A stretch of DNA of 64,000 bases. Source: a virus. How positions within the stretch are numbered: the stretch's first letter is position 1; each line of letters begins with the position of its first letter. The DNA is taken from IMG/VR virus record IMGVR_UViG_3300023184_000036. One strand, written 5' to 3'. Below the pieces are notes generated by a model that was not told the DNA's origin, did not search any database, and saw only the letters and a program-made list of their open reading frames with translations. Position numbers and translations under genes: made by a program. Shown here one piece after another: positions 19,803 through 29,630 of this stretch.

Positions 19803-20069
19803 ATGTCACAGGTTAAAACCAAAGGCGTGAGACTTAAAACAATAATGTATTCACGTGCATTTATGCTTGGTTACAAAGAAGTTGTAAATGGTTTGCCTTT
19901 TAATAGTGATTATGATAAGTGGAAAAGTGCTGACCAATGGAGTTATGAACGTGGTCGCCAGTTTGCTATTTTAAGTGGTGGTAAACAACCACCAAAAATC
20001 GGCAAGCAAGTAAACTATCAAGCATTATTAAACTATGCTGAACTAAATTATAATGGTGAAATTATATAA
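19803..20069 (+). CDS. Hypothetical protein
   Basis: AAGGAG RBS before ATG 19803; WSYERGRQFA. Confidence 0.7.
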   Translation: MSQVKTKGVRLKTIMYSRAFMLGYKEVVNGLPFNSDYDKWKSADQWSYERGRQFAILSGGKQPPKIGKQVNYQALLNYAELNYNGEII

Positions 20070-20070
20070 T

Positions 20071-20104
20071 AAAAAAGGCGGGAAAAAATCCCGCCTTCAA
20101 TTTT
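20071..20104. terminator. Bidirectional intrinsic terminator
   Basis: AAGGCGGGA-AAAAA-TCCCGCCTT between convergent genes. Confidence 0.75.
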
Positions 20105-20121
20105 ATTTGATGTTCTAACTA

Positions 20122-20769
20122 TTAGAACTTAACTGTGAAAGCACCAGTAACAGCATCACCAGTAGCATTCCAGTTAGTGTCATAACTGCGAGTTACGCTT
20201 AAACCAACTGAATAGTTTGATGTGATGTCATATGTTACGCCAGTACCAAGACGATGGCTTTCGTAAGCATTTGTAGTATCAAAAGCATTACGATAACGAT
20301 AGTTGATAGCATTTAGAGTCAAGCCATCAACCAACTTGTAATCAGCTGCGCCATAAAGTGCATAGTATGGGAAGTTAGTTGTAGCAAAACGCTCACCAAC
20401 ACCAACCTTACCGCTGACAGTTACGCCAGAAAATGCAGGAAGTGCATAACCAGCTTGAACTTCAAGATTTTGCTTAAGAAGCGCACCTGAAACTTGAGTT
20501 GTGCTTGCAACGCCACTGACGCTGAAACCACCACCAAGATTATGCTTATAAGTTACACCATAAGCATCATCAACCTTTGCACCAAAATTGTTGCCAAGGT
20601 CTTGACCATAGCTAACTGACAAGCTATCATTGCTTGCAGCTGGCTTTGCAGCTTCTGCAGCAACTGGCTTTGCCGCTTCTGGAGCCTTCTTCTTGTTTGG
20701 AAGGTCAGTTGCATTTGCAGTTGCAGTAAGAGCCAAAACAGCCAAAGTTGAAATAATAAGTTTCTTCAT
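20122..20769 (-). CDS. Outer-membrane beta-barrel protein (Rhizobiales Omp-like)
   Basis: Signal peptide, ATDLPNKKKAP after cleavage site, amphipathic strands, C-terminal Phe. Confidence 0.8.
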   Translation of the reverse strand: MKKLIISTLAVLALTATANATDLPNKKKAPEAAKPVAAEAAKPAASNDSLSVSYGQDLGNNFGAKVDDAYGVTYKHNLGGGFSVSGVASTTQVSGALLKQNLEVQAGYALPAFSGVTVSGKVGVGERFATTNFPYYALYGAADYKLVDGLTLNAINYRYRNAFDTTNAYESHRLGTGVTYDITSNYSVGLSVTRSYDTNWNATGDAVTGAFTVKF

Positions 20770-20999
20770 TTTAAATTTTCCTTTCAGATTGTGGTTATAT
20801 CATAGACAACGAAGTTTGTCTAATTTTTTTATCAACCAATTTTATTATTAGTTGAAGGCAACGTATGATTTTACTCCCACGGTGTTAAAAATTCGATTTG
20901 CATCGCTGCCATGCCCCCCACAATGTTGGGAAGCATAGATATTTATCCCAATGCAATGCAACATAAAATAAAATGACCAAATAATCAATAAATATTTTA

Positions 21000-21878
21000 A
21001 TGCTATTGAGTGAATTATACGACGATCAGCTTAATGAGGGACCATGGACAGATGCCCTAAAACGTCTGGCAATGGCTGGAACCGTAGCAACTGGTATAGG
21101 AACTGCTGGAATTAGTGCATATAATGCACAAAAATCACCAGAACCAGTAACTGCTGTGGCCCAAATACCACAAGTTTCACAAACTGACGTAAAATCAGAA
21201 CCAGCAATACAAAAAGCACAAAAAAGTATCAATCCAAACTTTCCAAAATCACTTACCGATGTTGACAAATTACAACCAGGCGCACGTGTAGAAACATTTA
21301 TTAAAACCTTATTACCAATGGTTCAAGCAGAAAATAATAAAATTTTACAAGATCGTCGTAGACTCATACAAGATATAAAAATATTAAAAAGTGGCAAAAA
21401 ATTATCTAATGAAGAAACTACTTGGGTTCGTGGATTGGTTGAAAAATATGGTGAAGATAATCTTTATGAATTAGCAAAAAAGGTTGATATTATTCCACCA
21501 AGTATTGCATTAGCACAAGCTGGTATTGAAAGTAGTTGGGGAACTGATCCAAAAACAATAAGCAGTAATGCTTTTTATGGACAAAAATCTTGGTCAAAAA
21601 GTGGTGGTGTAGAAGGTCCATATGGTGAACGTTATCGTGCATTTAAAACACCAAGTCATAGTATAGCGGCATATATGACAAATCTCAATACACATAATGC
21701 CTATGACGAGTTCCGTGACGCACGTGCAGAATTACGTAAAACTGGTAAACCAGTTGTAGGTTTGGAATTAGTTCCAAAACTTGTGGCGTATACCGATACA
21801 GGTAGCCAATATCCAAAAAAACTTAAAAGTATTATACAAGGTCGCAATTTAGGTCAGTACGATTTACCTAAAAAATAA
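21000..21878 (+). CDS. Glucosaminidase (Bax/GH73-like) peptidoglycan hydrolase
   Basis: VDIIPPSIALAQAGIESSWGT...NAFYG...SIAAYMTNLNTHNAYDEFR. Confidence 0.85.
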   Translation: MLLSELYDDQLNEGPWTDALKRLAMAGTVATGIGTAGISAYNAQKSPEPVTAVAQIPQVSQTDVKSEPAIQKAQKSINPNFPKSLTDVDKLQPGARVETFIKTLLPMVQAENNKILQDRRRLIQDIKILKSGKKLSNEETTWVRGLVEKYGEDNLYELAKKVDIIPPSIALAQAGIESSWGTDPKTISSNAFYGQKSWSKSGGVEGPYGERYRAFKTPSHSIAAYMTNLNTHNAYDEFRDARAELRKTGKPVVGLELVPKLVAYTDTGSQYPKKLKSIIQGRNLGQYDLPKK

Positions 21879-21881
21879 TGC

Positions 21882-21909
21882 TTGACAACCCCTAAATCTG
21901 TGTTATATT
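21882..21909 (+). promoter_or_regulatory. Early sigma70-like promoter
   Basis: TTGACA-16 nt-TATATT. Confidence 0.7.
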
Positions 21910-21939
21910 GGGTTGTAAGTTGAAAAACAGGAGATTTTT

Positions 21940-22632
21940 ATGCCTAATTGGTGCTATAACCGTGCGACTTTTACGCACGATGACCCCGAACAGATTACCC
22001 GTCTTGTCAATGCTGCCAAAGCTGGCAAGCTGTTTAATGAATTTTATCCTATGCCACCTGAATTACTTGAGGAAGCACCCGTAGGTGATGATTATCAAGA
22101 ACGTAGTGCCGCTATTGCAAAACGCAATGAAGAAGAATTTGGGTATGTAAGTTGGTATGATTGGAGTATTGCACATTGGGGAACTAAATGGGATATCTCC
22201 GAAATGGATGATGACGACAATTTTAACATCACAAATGATGGCAAAACTGTATCGTTTAGTTTTGATACAGCTTGGGCACCGCCTACTGAATGGTATGATA
22301 ACATTGATGGTTTCCACATTGAAGCATATTATCATGAACCTGGTGTTGGTTTCTGTGGTAAATGGACCAGTGAAGATGGTGATGACCAATATGAAATTGA
22401 CATGATGGAAGATATTGAAGGCGTTAAAGAACGTATTCCAAATGACATTCTTGATGAGTTTGGTATTCTTGATGATATGGAAATGTATCAAGAAGAAAAT
22501 CAAGAAGAAGTGGAAGAAGATGATGGTGAAGAATGGTGGAGTGCAGACGAAGCACTTGAGGGCATTGATGTTGGTGAAGTAACTATTGAAATTAAACCAA
22601 GTGAAGAAGATGAAGAAGGAGAAGACAAATGA
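21940..22632 (+). CDS. DUF1281/YubB-like protein with acidic tail
   Basis: MPNWCYN...WYDWSIAHWGTKWD...FDTAWAPP...YHEPGVGFCG. Confidence 0.8.
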   Translation: MPNWCYNRATFTHDDPEQITRLVNAAKAGKLFNEFYPMPPELLEEAPVGDDYQERSAAIAKRNEEEFGYVSWYDWSIAHWGTKWDISEMDDDDNFNITNDGKTVSFSFDTAWAPPTEWYDNIDGFHIEAYYHEPGVGFCGKWTSEDGDDQYEIDMMEDIEGVKERIPNDILDEFGILDDMEMYQEENQEEVEEDDGEEWWSADEALEGIDVGEVTIEIKPSEEDEEGEDK

Positions 22633-22772
22633 AGCAGTTTACCTTTAAGATGGATGATGGTGGTATTTTTCTTTGCATCGCACGTGATTTCCGTAGTGCA
22701 TGTTTACTCTTTGACCAAAACCAGATGGGTTTCAAGGCACAAGATATTCTTGAAATCGTAGAACGTGCCTAA
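22629..22772 (+). CDS. Small hypothetical, 47 aa
   Basis: GGAG RBS, ATGA overlap; MKQFTFKMDDGG... Confidence 0.6.
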   Translation: MKQFTFKMDDGGIFLCIARDFRSACLLFDQNQMGFKAQDILEIVERA

Positions 22773-23040
22773 AATCTACGCACTACCAAGTAAAATATTA
22801 GTTGCAGAAACGCTGGTCAAGTGGGAAGTGCTTGACTGGCTTTCTCGCAATATAGGCATTGTTCATAGAAGTGAAGACCCACAAAAACCTATTCATAGCG
22901 GTGAGGGTTGGAGATTTATTTTTACGTATAGATTTGCTTCTATTAATACACGTAGAACTACTGTAAAAATTGAATTTGATGATAGTGTTCCAGATGACAT
23001 AATACTTTATTTCTTATTGCGATTTGGTGATAGCACATGA
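22765..23040 (+). CDS. Hypothetical, F-x-LRWG family
   Basis: ends ILYFLLRFG. Confidence 0.6.
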   Translation: MPKIYALPSKILVAETLVKWEVLDWLSRNIGIVHRSEDPQKPIHSGEGWRFIFTYRFASINTRRTTVKIEFDDSVPDDIILYFLLRFGDST

Positions 23041-23363
23041 GTATTACACCAGTAGGACAAATTTGGTTTGACACTGCAACAAGTGAATTAAAGATGTATG
23101 ATGGTATGGGTTGGATAACTATTAGGAAAATGCCCTACACCCAAGACCCATTCAACACTGGTGCAAAGTTTGTTAAAAGATTTGCATTTTTACCACACAA
23201 ATGTCATCTAACTGGTCGTAAAATATGGTTAGAATGGGCAATTCGTGGTGAACTAATTGATCCTAATTGGAATAACACATACCCTAAATTGGCTGGCACA
23301 TATAAAGAATTTCGTTGGTATGATAAGTTTGAATATCTAAATTGGGCAATTGCAAATGCTTGA
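23037..23363 (+). CDS. Hypothetical protein
   Basis: ORF in operon. Confidence 0.6.
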   Translation: MSITPVGQIWFDTATSELKMYDGMGWITIRKMPYTQDPFNTGAKFVKRFAFLPHKCHLTGRKIWLEWAIRGELIDPNWNNTYPKLAGTYKEFRWYDKFEYLNWAIANA

Positions 23364-23601
23364 TTTAAACTTTGAAAATGGTTTTTGGATTTCAACTGAT
23401 TGGATAGATGCAACCGATACCATGTGGAAAAATTTTAAAACTTACTGTAAGAGCAAAGGTAACAATAATGAAGTTGTTTTACTGACGGAATTTAATGCCA
23501 AAGCACAACGATATGTTGGTGATGATGACGAAGATGACCAATGGTTTATACGATTTAATACACCAGAAGATTATACTTTTTTTGTAATGAGATTTGGATA
23601 A
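23350..23601 (+). CDS. Hypothetical, F-x-LRWG family
   Basis: ends EDYTFFVMRFG. Confidence 0.6.
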   Translation: MQMLDLNFENGFWISTDWIDATDTMWKNFKTYCKSKGNNNEVVLLTEFNAKAQRYVGDDDEDDQWFIRFNTPEDYTFFVMRFG

Positions 23602-23831
23602 TGACTAAAATTAGGGTCCATGATTTAGGACCGCAACGGTGGCATATGACTATCAGGTTTACTGATAATGGCACTATAAATTATGAGTTTAAGAAATGGA
23701 TGAACGACAATTATCCAGATTGCCTTTGCATACACAGATTTAATAACGGTGAACCATTTTGGGAAGTTCGTGGCGCTGATCCAAGTGACCAAGCATTTAT
23801 AGCAATGCGTTGGGGTGGAGAAAATAATTGA
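23601..23831 (+). CDS. Hypothetical, F-x-LRWG family
   Basis: KKW..RFNNGEPFW...AFIAMRWG. Confidence 0.6.
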   Translation: MTKIRVHDLGPQRWHMTIRFTDNGTINYEFKKWMNDNYPDCLCIHRFNNGEPFWEVRGADPSDQAFIAMRWGGENN

Positions 23832-23877
23832 CATCATATAAAATTGTGTTATTATAATAATAAACACAGGACTTACT

Positions 23878-24099
23878 ATGGTTAGAAAAAGCAGCGAAAT
23901 TATTGAAGATTTTATTAAGTCACTAGAAACTCTTGTTGATGCACTTGATGATGAATGGCATCACAATGATGAAGGTGAATGGCGCATGGCAGATAATATT
24001 CGTAAAAATGTATTGCCAATTGCTAAACAGCGATTTAAAGAACATCTTGATGAATATATTGACCGCAGAATTGAAACTTATTTGGAGAAAAACAAATGA
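23878..24099 (+). CDS. Hypothetical protein
   Basis: ORF after TTGACA promoter at 23828. Confidence 0.65.
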   Translation: MVRKSSEIIEDFIKSLETLVDALDDEWHHNDEGEWRMADNIRKNVLPIAKQRFKEHLDEYIDRRIETYLEKNK

Positions 24100-24560
24100 C
24101 AGATGAAACCGAAAAAATGATTAAATGGAAAGTTTCACCACGTTATAAGAAAAGTGTAATTGATATTGAAACTTTTCGCAATGGTGAAAATGAAATTACT
24201 TTGGAAACTGGCTGGCGTTGGGGTCATGTCGTTCTTCTTGTTCCAGAAGGCATTGACTTGGTAACACAACTTAATCCAGAAGAAAATACACGTATCCAAA
24301 TTGATGGTTTAGAATATGATATCTATGATCGTGAAATGGATGATGGTTGTTGGGAAGAATGGGATTTAGATGCACTTGATGATGAAGAAGAATTTATTGA
24401 AGCATGGGATGAAGATTCACACGATGGCATAGCAAATCTTGGTTGGGAAGCGTGGGACAGTGAATTGTTCTTTGATGGTCCACTTGATATAGAAAATCTT
24501 GGCGAACATGTGCCGCCAGTGTGGGATGAAGAAGAAGATGATGAGGATCAAGAACAATGA
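24096..24560 (+). CDS. Acidic hypothetical protein
   Basis: ORF in operon. Confidence 0.7.
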   Translation: MTDETEKMIKWKVSPRYKKSVIDIETFRNGENEITLETGWRWGHVVLLVPEGIDLVTQLNPEENTRIQIDGLEYDIYDREMDDGCWEEWDLDALDDEEEFIEAWDEDSHDGIANLGWEAWDSELFFDGPLDIENLGEHVPPVWDEEEDDEDQEQ

Positions 24561-24802
24561 CATATAAAATCTCTATAAGCGATGAAACAGCAGAAAGCAT
24601 GTTCCGTGATATGCTTATTGAAGATTATCGTCGTGTTCGCAATGACATCTATAACATGACCAACAAGGCTGCAGAGTTTGGTAAACTTGAAAAGTATGAA
24701 AGTGAAGATTTAGAAGATTGGAAACGTTGGTTTGGTGCAATGAAAATCCTCATGGAATATTACTTGCCACAAGATCGGTATAATGAAGTTGTAGGCGAAT
24801 GA
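24557..24802 (+). CDS. Hypothetical protein
   Basis: ORF in operon. Confidence 0.65.
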   Translation: MTYKISISDETAESMFRDMLIEDYRRVRNDIYNMTNKAAEFGKLEKYESEDLEDWKRWFGAMKILMEYYLPQDRYNEVVGE

Positions 24803-25059
24803 AAATAGTAGATAAACTACGTGACATTGCAGAAGATTGTGAACGTGGTGAACGTTCACCTATTAGCGGCATTTCCACTTGGCCAAAAGAAACTACGGTT
24901 GAGTGGAAAGCCGCACATATTATTGAACAAGCCATGCAATCTTTAAAAACTATCATTGATACCGATGAAGTTGTGCCAGCAGATGCACTACGTTTTATGG
25001 CGCAACGTAATTATGAAATGTTGTTAGGATTATGCAATGCCGCAGAATTGGATAGTTGA
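24799..25059 (+). CDS. Hypothetical protein
   Basis: ORF in operon. Confidence 0.6.
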   Translation: MKIVDKLRDIAEDCERGERSPISGISTWPKETTVEWKAAHIIEQAMQSLKTIIDTDEVVPADALRFMAQRNYEMLLGLCNAAELDS

Positions 25060-25216
25060 ATTAATTGAAGACCCTGAAACCAAAGACTTGTTACTACCAT
25101 TTCCAGAGGATATGTTAAAAGTCCTTGATTGGGAAGAAGGCACTGTTGTGTGTTGGGAAATCACTACCAATGGTTTAAGTCTAAAAAAGATGGTAAAGAA
25201 GGATGATGTGGAATGA
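25037..25216 (+). CDS. AbrB/MazE-like small DNA-binding protein, 59 aa (not in ORF track)
   Basis: EDPETKDLLLPFPEDMLKVLDWEEGTVVCW pattern. Confidence 0.65.
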   Translation: MPQNWIVELIEDPETKDLLLPFPEDMLKVLDWEEGTVVCWEITTNGLSLKKMVKKDDVE

Positions 25217-25419
25217 AATATTTGTCAACAATCGTATTGGGAATTGTGCTGTGTGCTTGCAGTAAAACAACAGATTATGTATTACCACAAAATCCTACTG
25301 GTATTGAACGTAAACTACTTGTTGTTCCACATCGTGATTGGATTGAAAGTGGTTGTTATCCAAAGTTAGTAGATGGTCGTGATGTGAAAGTATGCAATGC
25401 GAATACAAATAGTAAGTGA
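25213..25419 (+). CDS. Putative lipoprotein
   Basis: Lipobox LCAC. Confidence 0.6.
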   Translation: MKYLSTIVLGIVLCACSKTTDYVLPQNPTGIERKLLVVPHRDWIESGCYPKLVDGRDVKVCNANTNSK

Positions 25420-26221
25420 TTTACATTTAGAGTTTGCTGAAATACCAACAATTAAAAATGTGGGTGCAGAAGTGCTTGTGCTTGGCGGTGACATTTGTGT
25501 TGCCCAACATCTATATCGTCATCCACGCAATAATCTTCGTAATAATGATGGTCATGCTGTTGATGCCGCAAAGTATCGTGATTTCTTACAGTATTGCAGT
25601 GATAATTGGAGTAGCGTAATTTACCTTATGGGTAACCACGAGCATTATAGTGGTCGTTGGGATAGAACTGCACAAATCCTACGTGAAGAAACAGAAAATT
25701 ATCATAATATATTATTTTGTGACCAAGATCGTGTAGATTTTGGTGATGTTGTATTTTTAGCAACTTCACTATGGACAGATTTTAACAATCATGATCCGCT
25801 TACAATTATGTCAGCACGTGATATGATGAATGATTATCGTGCTATTACTGAAAGTCCAAAGGATTTTGTATATCATAAACTACGTCCAACTACTGCACTT
25901 GCTAAACATGTTGCTGATTTAGAGTGGTTGCGTGTTCAGTTATCACTGCTACAAGACCGCAAGGTTGTTGTATGCACACATCACGCACCAAGTCACAGTA
26001 GTATTCATCACACTTATGCGCATCAGCATATTATGAATGGTTGTTTTGTATCTAACCTTGATGGATTTATTATGGATCATCCGCAGATTAAACTGTGGAC
26101 ACACGGTCACGTGCATAATGTGTTTGATTACACCATTGGTGAAACTCGTATAGTATGCAATCCACGTGGATATCCAGGTGAACAAAGTGGTTGGAATCCA
26201 CAATTTGCCGTGGAAGTTTAG
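25397..26221 (+). CDS. Calcineurin-like metallophosphoesterase
   Basis: SDLHLE, GGD, GNHEHY, THHAP, HGHVH. Confidence 0.92.
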   Translation: MRIQIVSDLHLEFAEIPTIKNVGAEVLVLGGDICVAQHLYRHPRNNLRNNDGHAVDAAKYRDFLQYCSDNWSSVIYLMGNHEHYSGRWDRTAQILREETENYHNILFCDQDRVDFGDVVFLATSLWTDFNNHDPLTIMSARDMMNDYRAITESPKDFVYHKLRPTTALAKHVADLEWLRVQLSLLQDRKVVVCTHHAPSHSSIHHTYAHQHIMNGCFVSNLDGFIMDHPQIKLWTHGHVHNVFDYTIGETRIVCNPRGYPGEQSGWNPQFAVEV

Positions 26222-26560
26222 CTACAATACCACACACCATTATAATAAGTGGCAATAATAATTTGCCCTTGTTGGCTTGGTTGATTACCTTTTGTTGTAG
26301 CAGGACTTTGTGCGGCAATAGTAGTGCCAGGATTTCCTGTATGGACTGTATCAGCAATTTGATACTGACGACCAGTAACAGCACCGTTTGCTGCATTAGG
26401 TAGTGTTATAGTTAGATTTTTTACAGTAGTTCCGATCCAATAATCTGCTGATGTTGCTGTATAATCAACATTGGCGAGTTTTGTTCCTACTGTCCAACCA
26501 CTAACATTGATAGTTCCAGTAGCATCACGAACCACGATAGTATTAGCAACATTAGCAGTT
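26218..26560 (-). CDS. C-terminal segment of tail fibre, out of frame with 26487-29627
   Basis: Frame reads TANVANTIVVRDATG...ITLPNAANG, a natural continuation of the upstream fibre. Confidence 0.6.
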
Positions 26561-29500
26561 TTGTAGCATCAGTGATAATAGTTGCTACATTGCCGCTCTT
26601 TGTAGCAGCAATATGAACAGTAGAACTTAATGCATTTGGTATTATTGTAGCAACAAAGTTGTTCCAAATATTACCAATCCATACCTGTTGTGCGGCTGTA
26701 TTTGAAGTAAGTGTAGCAAGATTGCTTTCTTGACTTGCCGCATTTGCTTGCCAAGCAACATTAGCCGCAGAAATATTAGCACGAAGTCCGCTTATTTCAC
26801 CTTCTTGATAAGAAGCATTTGCCATCCAAGCACTGCTCATATTAGTAATACTAACATTGGCTGCGTTGATATTTGCATTTAGATTTGCTATTTCATTTTC
26901 TTGATAAGCAGCATTAGCAAACAATGTTGCTAAATTAGCATTGATAGTAGTAATACTGTTTAATGTTGGCAATCCTGTAAGATAATAACCATTACCAAGA
27001 TAATATGTTGCACTTACATTGCCAGTAGCCGCAATATTACCACTTACACCTAATTGTGTATTACTAAATGTTGCGATAACATTAGCGGCATTGACACCGC
27101 CAGCAATAATTTTAACTACTTTACTTGGTGTAATCGCACCAATCGTTAAATTACCGCCAATAGCAGTAGCAACATTGGCATTGCCTTGCATATAAAGATA
27201 GCCATCACTTCTGCCAACACTGGTTCCAAGACTATTATTTGGACTGGTATTATCATAATTACTGCCAGTAATACCTAAATCTACATAATAGTTTAGATCA
27301 TCACCATTATCACTGGTAGCAATGTAATCAGTAGAAGCAAGCGTACCAGGTGAATGGTTTTGTGAAACAACTTGTGAATAATTGTTTACATAACTATCAA
27401 TTTGTATTGAGGTATTAGGATATGTATAACCGTTAAATGCACCACCGATTTTAGCAGTGCCGTTAGCAAATAAGTTGCCACTAAAATAACCATCGGTTGC
27501 ATTCAAGTGTTCAGTTTGGAAACCAACCGTAGGATCAGTATACCAGTAGTCGCCGTGCGGACCAGTTAGTTGATATAACAAACTAACAGCATAAGCCGCA
27601 CCATTAGCACCTAACTGAATACCACCGCCTTGTATATCAGCACTGCTTGTAGAATTATTAGCAAGATAAAGTTTCTTGCCATTGATAGCGGCTGCATTTT
27701 GACTTATAATATTACCAGCAACATAAAGATTGCTATTGACATAAAGATTGCTAAATGTTGGACTGTTATTTGGTCCAATTTCTTGTGCCAATTGCAATTT
27801 AAGATTTTTACCACCAGTATCCGAAACAGTTAAACTGCTGCTTAAACTTGCTACATCTTGAACGCCAGTTGCGTTTATATAAACATTACCAAAGGTTGCG
27901 TTTTGTGTTAAACCTGTGCCAACAGTAAGTGAAAACACGCTTTGACTTGGAATATAAGCAGTGGTTTGGCGACTATTGTCGGCAAATGTAATGCCTGTAT
28001 TTGCACCCAATACCATACCATTACTATAAAAACTTGCAGTAGTTGCAATAGTATTACTGCCTACTGGTGTAGTTTGAATTGTTACACGAGTGCCAGTGCT
28101 TAAATTGCTTGTAAATGTTTCTGCGGCTTCTAAATTGACACGAACAATACTACCAGCATAAACGCCATTGCCTGTCCAACCTTGACCAGTAAATCGCAAT
28201 ATAGTATCACCAGCCTGTGTAGTAGATGGTGCATCAACTGAACCACGAGCAATACGAGCAGCAATTGCAGTATAAGAGTTTTGACCGCTTGAATAACCAA
28301 ACGCATCGAAACTAATGCGGTTTGGTGCATTATCTTGACCAGTTACCTGTATCATTGTGTTAGCAAAGTTGCGTGGTTGAACATAACCTGATGCAGAACC
28401 ATTGATATTAAACACTGCTTGTGTATTTGTAAGACCAATAGGTGCTAAAATAGTTGTTAAACCATTTCTATCAACTCTAAATGCTGGTTTTGCTTGTGCG
28501 TTTAGTACCTGCACTGGACGGTTTAAGTTTAGATTACCAGTAGCAAATTGTGTGCCAATATTAAAATCTTCTGTTGGACTTGCAAGAGCAATTGTATTAC
28601 CATAAAGTGTAAACTTACCAACAGTTAAACCAGTGCCACCACCAATATAAAGATTGCCATCCTTTGCGCCAATAGTTTGGTCAGTTCCAAGTGTTTCATC
28701 AAGAACATAGATAGTGCCAGCACCTACCCATACGTGACGCCAACGACGTAGCGGTGATCCTAAATCATATACATCATCAGCAAATGGTAAAATGCTACTG
28801 CCTGTTACTACATAACCATTAGCACCAGGTACTAAATCAATATCGGTATTTGATTGTGTTGATAGCGTAAGACCAGCATTTACAATTGGTCGTGAAGTAA
28901 AGATAATTGTGCCAGTTTGTGGCGGATTTAACAAACCTTGAACAGTATTGCTTGTAATAACAACATTAGCATTAGCACTATCGGTGCCGCTAATATTACC
29001 AACAAACAGCACTTTACTTTGATAAGGAACACCAGTGCCAGTAATTGTATCATTTACTGCAACATTGGCAGCAGTTGTAGTCATACGATATACTGTCCAA
29101 CCAGGCGCAGCACCACTTATACCATTGGTTAAACCATATTCACCAATCAACAAATTATCCATTGTTGAAGTGGCATATTTGTCAATATAGTTTAATACAA
29201 GATTAGCAACTGTAACACTGATAGCAGAACTATTACCAATGATACTACCAACTGGCACTCTTAAACCAGGCACACTTACTAAACCACTGCCAGCAGGTGC
29301 TAATGTAATATCACGGTTATTGATTAAACCGCCAATAGTTTCATCGCTTATATAAAGATTACCAAGATTTAGTGTAGAAGTGCTACTAAATGTTACATTA
29401 CCACCAGTCACATATAGATTGTTAAACTGAACATCATTATAAGTGTTTAGATTTTGGTTAAATGGGTTTGCAGTATTTGTTCCAACAATTTGACCACCAG

Positions 29501-29627
29501 GGTAACCATTGCCAACACGTATCGTATTAGTGGCACTTTCATACCATAAACGACCGCCTTCACCAATTCTGGTAAGACCGTCACCTTGATTTTTTCTACT
29601 GGTGAATAATTCTTGGTAGTAAGTCAT
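26487..29627 (-). CDS. Tail fibre-like virion protein (apparently frameshifted near C-terminus)
   Basis: G/N/T-rich, YDLGSPLRRWRHVWV motif, coiled coil near end. Confidence 0.75.
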   Translation of the reverse strand: MTYYQELFTSRKNQGDGLTRIGEGGRLWYESATNTIRVGNGYPGGQIVGTNTANPFNQNLNTYNDVQFNNLYVTGGNVTFSSTSTLNLGNLYISDETIGGLINNRDITLAPAGSGLVSVPGLRVPVGSIIGNSSAISVTVANLVLNYIDKYATSTMDNLLIGEYGLTNGISGAAPGWTVYRMTTTAANVAVNDTITGTGVPYQSKVLFVGNISGTDSANANVVITSNTVQGLLNPPQTGTIIFTSRPIVNAGLTLSTQSNTDIDLVPGANGYVVTGSSILPFADDVYDLGSPLRRWRHVWVGAGTIYVLDETLGTDQTIGAKDGNLYIGGGTGLTVGKFTLYGNTIALASPTEDFNIGTQFATGNLNLNRPVQVLNAQAKPAFRVDRNGLTTILAPIGLTNTQAVFNINGSASGYVQPRNFANTMIQVTGQDNAPNRISFDAFGYSSGQNSYTAIAARIARGSVDAPSTTQAGDTILRFTGQGWTGNGVYAGSIVRVNLEAAETFTSNLSTGTRVTIQTTPVGSNTIATTASFYSNGMVLGANTGITFADNSRQTTAYIPSQSVFSLTVGTGLTQNATFGNVYINATGVQDVASLSSSLTVSDTGGKNLKLQLAQEIGPNNSPTFSNLYVNSNLYVAGNIISQNAAAINGKKLYLANNSTSSADIQGGGIQLGANGAAYAVSLLYQLTGPHGDYWYTDPTVGFQTEHLNATDGYFSGNLFANGTAKIGGAFNGYTYPNTSIQIDSYVNNYSQVVSQNHSPGTLASTDYIATSDNGDDLNYYVDLGITGSNYDNTSPNNSLGTSVGRSDGYLYMQGNANVATAIGGNLTIGAITPSKVVKIIAGGVNAANVIATFSNTQLGVSGNIAATGNVSATYYLGNGYYLTGLPTLNSITTINANLATLFANAAYQENEIANLNANINAANVSITNMSSAWMANASYQEGEISGLRANISAANVAWQANAASQESNLATLTSNTAAQQVWIGNIWNNFVATIIPNALSSTVHIAATKSGNVATIITDATKLLMLLILSWFVMLLELSMLVVGQ

Positions 29628-29630
29628 TGC

